A DNA stretch of 64,000 nt from an uncultured Alphaproteobacteria bacterium. GTDB lineage: Bacteria > Pseudomonadota > Alphaproteobacteria > HIMB59 > GCA-002718135. Shown piece after piece: positions 60,089-64,000 of the stretch. The stretch's first letter is position 1. The number at the start of each line of letters is the position of its first letter. The notes under the pieces were generated by a model. That model did no database searches, was not told where the DNA came from, and was given only the letters and a program-made list of their open reading frames with translations. The translations under genes and the position numbers were made by a program. Location: positions 9,946 to 73,945 of the forward strand of contig CACPNW010000005.1 in NCBI GenBank assembly GCA_902635455.1, written 5' to 3'.

Positions 60089-62164
60089 ATGACAATCATG
60101 CAATCTTTTATAATATTATGTGGTCTTGCTGCTGTTTTATATGGCATCATAACTTCTAGACAAATTTTATCTTTAAGTCCTGGCAATCAAAAAATGCAAG
60201 AAATTGCTAGAGCAATACAAGAAGGTGCCAAGGCTTATTTAAATCGCCAATATTTAACTATCTCTATAGTTGGCGTAGTTATATTTTTTTTAATTTGGTT
60301 AATATTTGATTTATATTCTGCGATAGGTTTTTTAATAGGTGCGTTTTTTTCTGGTGCTGCAGGATACGTAGGAATGAATATTTCTGTAAGATCAAATGTT
60401 AGAACTACAGAAGCTGCAAATTCCTCATTAGCAAAAGGTTTATCTGTGTCTTTTAAAGCAGGAGCAGTTACTGGAATGTTAGTAGCAGGATTTGCTTTAC
60501 TTTCTGTTGCGGCATATTATTTTGTTTTAGATAATTCAGGTAACTTTGAAGGAAGATTAATTGTAGCCCCATTAGTTTCGCTAGGTTTTGGTGCTTCATT
60601 AATTTCTATATTTGCAAGACTAGGTGGTGGAATTTTTACTAAAGGTGCTGATGTAGGTGCTGATTTAGTAGGAAAAGTTGAAGCTGGAATTCCAGAGGAT
60701 GATCCTAGGAACCCAGCTGTAATTGCAGATAATGTCGGGGACAATGTTGGAGATTGTGCAGGAATGGCTGCTGATTTATTTGAGACTTATGTAGTTACTG
60801 TTGTAGCTACAATGGTTTTAGCTTCGATTTTCTTTTCTAGTGATTTAGCTTCTACTATGATGATGTATCCTTTATCTATTGCAGGCGTATGTACCATTGC
60901 AAGCATTATTGGAACTTATTTTGTTAGATTGGGTAAAAGTGAAAATATAATGATGGCCTTATACAAAGGCTTTATTGTATCTGCAGTACTTTCTGCAATT
61001 TTCCTCTATTTTATAACTGACCATGTTGTTGGTATGAGCACTTCACTAAATGCGTTAGGTGATAATATAACAGGAATGTCTTTATTTTATTGCGGATTAT
61101 TAGGCTTAATAATTACTGGTATGATTATTTGGGTTACTGAATATTACACTGGTACTAATTATAGACCTGTTCAAAGTATTGCAAAGTCTTCGACAACTGG
61201 TCATGGAACTAATGTAATTCAAGGTCTTGCAATAAGTTTAGAGGCAACTGCATTGCCAGCTTTAATAATTGTTGCTGGTATAATTACTACATACTCTATT
61301 GCAGGTTTGTTTGGGATAGCTATTGCTGTTACAACAATGTTAGCTTTAGCTGGTATGGTTGTAGCTTTGGACGCTTATGGCCCTGTAACTGATAATGCAG
61401 GAGGTATTGCCGAAATGTCTGAATTAGATGAAAGTGTTAGAAAAACAACAGATGCACTTGATGCAGTTGGTAACACAACAAAAGCTGTTACTAAGGGTTA
61501 TGCTATAGGTTCTGCTGGTCTTGGTGCATTAGTTTTATTTGCTGCTTACACAGAAGATGTTTCTCATTATGGTTTAGAAGTTTCTTTTGATTTATCAAAT
61601 CCATATGTTGTTGTAGGTTTATTACTAGGAGGACTATTACCATATTTATTTGGAGCAATGAGTATGACAGCTGTTGGAAGAGCTGCTGGTTCAGTTGTAG
61701 AAGAAGTCAGAAGACAATTTAAAGAAATACCTGGAATTATGGAGGGTAAAGGCAAACCTGAATATGGAACCTGTGTAGATATTTTGACTAAAGCTGCAAT
61801 AAAAGAAATGATAATTCCTTCAATGCTTCCAGTTTTGTCACCGATAATAGTATATTTTGTAATTTACTTTGTTGCTGGACAAACAGCTGCTTTAGCATGT
61901 TTAGGAGCATTACTTTTAGGCGTTATTATAACAGGTTTGTTTGTTGCAATAAGCATGACAGCAGGAGGAGGCGCTTGGGATAATGCAAAAAAATATATTG
62001 AAGATGGTAATTTTGGTGGGAAAGGAAGTGATGCTCACAAGGCAGCAGTAACAGGTGATACTGTTGGTGATCCTTATAAAGATACTGCAGGTCCAGCAGT
62101 AAACCCAATGATTAAAATTACAAACATTGTAGCTTTATTACTTTTAGCTTCGCTTTCTTTGTAA
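60089..62164 (+). CDS. hppA: Membrane-bound proton-translocating pyrophosphatase (K+-independent type signature)
   Basis: 691 aa polytopic protein. [34 protein letters not shown] and [10 protein letters not shown] motifs. Confidence 0.96.
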   Translation: MTIMQSFIILCGLAAVLYGIITSRQILSLSPGNQKMQEIARAIQEGAKAYLNRQYLTISIVGVVIFFLIWLIFDLYSAIGFLIGAFFSGAAGYVGMNISVRSNVRTTEAANSSLAKGLSVSFKAGAVTGMLVAGFALLSVAAYYFVLDNSGNFEGRLIVAPLVSLGFGASLISIFARLGGGIFTKGADVGADLVGKVEAGIPEDDPRNPAVIADNVGDNVGDCAGMAADLFETYVVTVVATMVLASIFFSSDLASTMMMYPLSIAGVCTIASIIGTYFVRLGKSENIMMALYKGFIVSAVLSAIFLYFITDHVVGMSTSLNALGDNITGMSLFYCGLLGLIITGMIIWVTEYYTGTNYRPVQSIAKSSTTGHGTNVIQGLAISLEATALPALIIVAGIITTYSIAGLFGIAIAVTTMLALAGMVVALDAYGPVTDNAGGIAEMSELDESVRKTTDALDAVGNTTKAVTKGYAIGSAGLGALVLFAAYTEDVSHYGLEVSFDLSNPYVVVGLLLGGLLPYLFGAMSMTAVGRAAGSVVEEVRRQFKEIPGIMEGKGKPEYGTCVDILTKAAIKEMIIPSMLPVLSPIIVYFVIYFVAGQTAALACLGALLLGVIITGLFVAISMTAGGGAWDNAKKYIEDGNFGGKGSDAHKAAVTGDTVGDPYKDTAGPAVNPMIKITNIVALLLLASLSL

Positions 62165-62171
62165 AAATATT

Positions 62172-62606
62172 TTATTGTGAGGTGTTCGGCAATGAGGACT
62201 TGCCAACACCTCCAAAAAATTTTTCTATAAAACCTCTTTTAATTAGATTGTTGTCAATCTTGTCCTTAGAAAAACTAATATCCTTTTCATCATTTAATGT
62301 AAATTTACTTATATTTTGAATGTTGTTATTTTGATCAAAACTAAAAACTACTATGACCCTATGCTCAATATTTTCATTAAAAAAATTTTTAAAATTCTTT
62401 TTTTCAGTAAAATATATGTACTTATCTTCTATAGGATCACTATAGTTAGGCTCACCCAGTATTTTTATTAATTGTGTTTTATTTTTTATATCATCATAAT
62501 TAAAATCATTATCATTTAATATTTTACCAGAATAGATTGTTTTTTCTGAGCAACAATATAAAAAAAACACTGAAAATAGAATATATGTATATTTAATAAA
62601 TTTCAT
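62172..62606 (-). CDS. bamE: Outer-membrane lipoprotein BamE (SmpA/OmlA family)
   Basis: 144 aa. Signal peptide ending in a Cys (FFLYCCSE). SmpA_OmlA-like segment IKNKTQLIKILGEPNYSDP...YIYF. Confidence 0.65.
   Translation of the reverse strand: MKFIKYTYILFSVFFLYCCSEKTIYSGKILNDNDFNYDDIKNKTQLIKILGEPNYSDPIEDKYIYFTEKKNFKNFFNENIEHRVIVVFSFDQNNNIQNISKFTLNDEKDISFSKDKIDNNLIKRGFIEKFFGGVGKSSLPNTSQ
62179..62212. terminator. GC-rich 12-bp hairpin between convergent hppA and bamE, embedded in the bamE 3' codons
   Basis: GAGGTGTT-c-GGCA (62179-62191), loop ATGAGGACT, then TGCC-AACACCTC (62201-62212). Starts 15 nt after the hppA stop. There is no clean T-run immediately after it on the plus strand (CAAAAAATTTTT). 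Confidence 0.4.
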
Positions 62607-62610
62607 TTTT

Positions 62611-63117
62611 ATGCTCGCATCATATTTTAAATTAAAAAAAGATAAAGATAAAAATAAATATAAGGCTCAAGATATTTATAAACGAATATTATCATTATCA
62701 GGTAATTTTACTAATTTCGAAAATTATTTTATAAAAAAAGACTTTAACACTTCTTTTGAAGTTTTTAGTATATTTATCATATTTTATATTAAGAATTTAA
62801 AAGAATTAAAACTTGAAAATTATCAAAATATTAACCAAATATTAATAGACCTATTAATTGAAGATCTGGATTATTCTTTAAGAGAGCAAGGTATCGGCGA
62901 TATGAGTATTGGTAAATATGTTAAAAAATATGTTAAAAAATTTTATTATAGATTGTCAATAATTGACAAAAATTTAGATAATTCAAATTTCGATGAATTA
63001 TCATTATTTTTAAAAAATCTAGATTTCATAAATAATGATCATTTAGATGAAGTTTTAAAAAAAATTTACAGCAAATATAACGAAATTAAATTAGAATTAA
63101 AAAACGAATTTATCTAA
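62611..63117 (+). CDS. Ubiquinol-cytochrome c chaperone (Cbp3-like) family protein
   Basis: 168 aa. LREQGIGDMSIGKYVKKYVKKFYYRL matches the family core (REqGvgD...gk.vk...fyGR). Position next to bamE is as in other alphaproteobacteria. Confidence 0.72.
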   Translation: MLASYFKLKKDKDKNKYKAQDIYKRILSLSGNFTNFENYFIKKDFNTSFEVFSIFIIFYIKNLKELKLENYQNINQILIDLLIEDLDYSLREQGIGDMSIGKYVKKYVKKFYYRLSIIDKNLDNSNFDELSLFLKNLDFINNDHLDEVLKKIYSKYNEIKLELKNEFI

Positions 63118-63185
63118 TAAATTCATGATTTTTAATAATTATTTCTTGCAATAAAGTAAATTTTCAATAAGTGATCATTTTAATT

Positions 63186-63377
63186 ATGGCTGTACCAAAA
63201 AGAAAAACATCGTCTTCCAAAAGAAATATGCGAAGATCCCATGATGCATTAAAACCTATTAATGTAATTGAAGATAAAGAATCTGGAGAACCTAGACTTT
63301 CACATAGGATAGATTTGTCTACGGGAATGTACAAAGGAAGACAAGTAATTAAAAAAATAGATAAAAAAGAAAATTAA
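63186..63377 (+). CDS. rpmF: 50S ribosomal protein L32
   Basis: The ATG at 63186 gives [19 protein letters not shown], the canonical L32 N-terminus. The track ORF starts 15 nt earlier. Confidence 0.93.
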   Translation: MAVPKRKTSSSKRNMRRSHDALKPINVIEDKESGEPRLSHRIDLSTGMYKGRQVIKKIDKKEN

Positions 63378-63380
63378 AAA

Positions 63381-64000
63381 ATGTCCAATAGACAGATCTC
63401 CATTGCTGTTGATGCAATGGGTGGTGAAAATAGTCCATATAAAGTTTTAAAAGGTTCTGAGATTTTTTCTAAAAATTATCCAGATGTTAATATAATTTAT
63501 TTCGGTAATACTGAAATAATTAAAAATTTAATTAAAGATTATAAAATTAAAATTACCAACTATGATATCGTTAATACTTTGGAAAATGTAAATGATGATG
63601 ACAACGCAAACACAATTCTAAGAAATAGAAAACAAAGTAGTATTTATAAGGCTTTAGAATTTGTAAAACTAAATCCAAATACTGGTTTTGTTTCAGCAGG
63701 TAATACAGCAGCAATAATGATATTGTCTAGATTGTTAATTGGGATGATCGACGGAATAGATAGACCTGCAATATGTTCTGTGATTCCAAATAGAAAAAGC
63801 TTTTCATTAATGCTTGATTTAGGAGCTAATGTTAACGTTCTTCCTGCAAATATGTTGCAATTTGCATTAATGGGATATTCTTATTATTCTATTATTAACA
63901 GTAATTATAATCCTAAAATTGGTATAATAAATATAGGTACTGAAAATAATAAAGGACTTGAATTTTTACAAGAAGCTTCAGATTTAATTTCAAATAGTTT
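63381..64000 (+). CDS. plsX: Phosphate acyltransferase PlsX (partial; continues beyond the right edge)
   Basis: Absent from the ORF track because no stop falls in the window. My translation is MSNRQISIAVDAMGGENSPYKVLKG...FVSAGNTAAIM...DRPAICSVIP...LDLGANV. This matches PlsX motifs (AVDAMGG, SAGNT, DLGAN). Confidence 0.9.
   Translation, partial: MSNRQISIAVDAMGGENSPYKVLKGSEIFSKNYPDVNIIYFGNTEIIKNLIKDYKIKITNYDIVNTLENVNDDDNANTILRNRKQSSIYKALEFVKLNPNTGFVSAGNTAAIMILSRLLIGMIDGIDRPAICSVIPNRKSFSLMLDLGANVNVLPANMLQFALMGYSYYSIINSNYNPKIGIINIGTENNKGLEFLQEASDLISNS

Noticed and set aside
1-64000. CRISPR arrays, insertion sequences, transposases, prophage, toxin-antitoxin or defence gene clusters
   Set aside because: I saw no spaced repeat arrays. 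The only long exact repeat I noticed is the pdhB/pdhC lipoyl module. No ORF has transposase, integrase, restriction, Cas or typical defence motifs. The RatA-like SRPBCC gene after lipA sits in its usual conserved housekeeping context. I could not run a systematic repeat search.

Overview
Very AT-rich (roughly 30% GC by eye, not computed) and extremely gene-dense. About 70 genes fill 64 kb. Most spacers are under 60 bp, and many start/stop overlaps are 1, 4 or 8 nt. Gene order and protein sequences fit a streamlined marine alphaproteobacterium of the SAR11/Pelagibacterales type; this assignment is an inference from composition and synteny, not a database hit.

Content is almost entirely core housekeeping:
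- moaC' and trpCDGE, ppiD
- tpiA-secG-pyrG-kdsA-eno-ftsB
- pdhABC-lipA, ispDF, ntrYX-trkA
- topA, plsY, pyrB, ruvX, gatCAB, tRNA-Ser(GCU)
- dapA-smpB-rpoZ-spoT-acpS-lepB-rnc-era-recO-parC
- a TRAP transporter, gcdH
- rpiB-glyA-nrdR-ribD-ribE-ribBA-ribH-nusB-thiL
- an H+-pyrophosphatase, bamE, rpmF and plsX'

I found no CRISPR array, transposase or integrase gene, prophage, defence island or clearly novel multi-gene system. The most accessory-looking stretch is about 23.1-30.5 kb: aminotransferase, IMPase, dehydrogenase, two transporters, msrB, a small orphan ORF, a PhyH dioxygenase and pepC.

Observations worth a second look are modest:
- a perfect 154-bp duplication of the lipoyl-domain module shared by pdhB and pdhC
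- an in-frame extension of about 56-70 codons on pyrB that resembles an integrase arm-type N-terminus
- a long acidic tail on RpoZ
- a degenerate AAA+ core in NtrX
- a cysteine-less (RibBX-like) C-terminal domain in RibBA
- a split, convergent TRAP transporter layout
- divergent start codons only 4 nt apart
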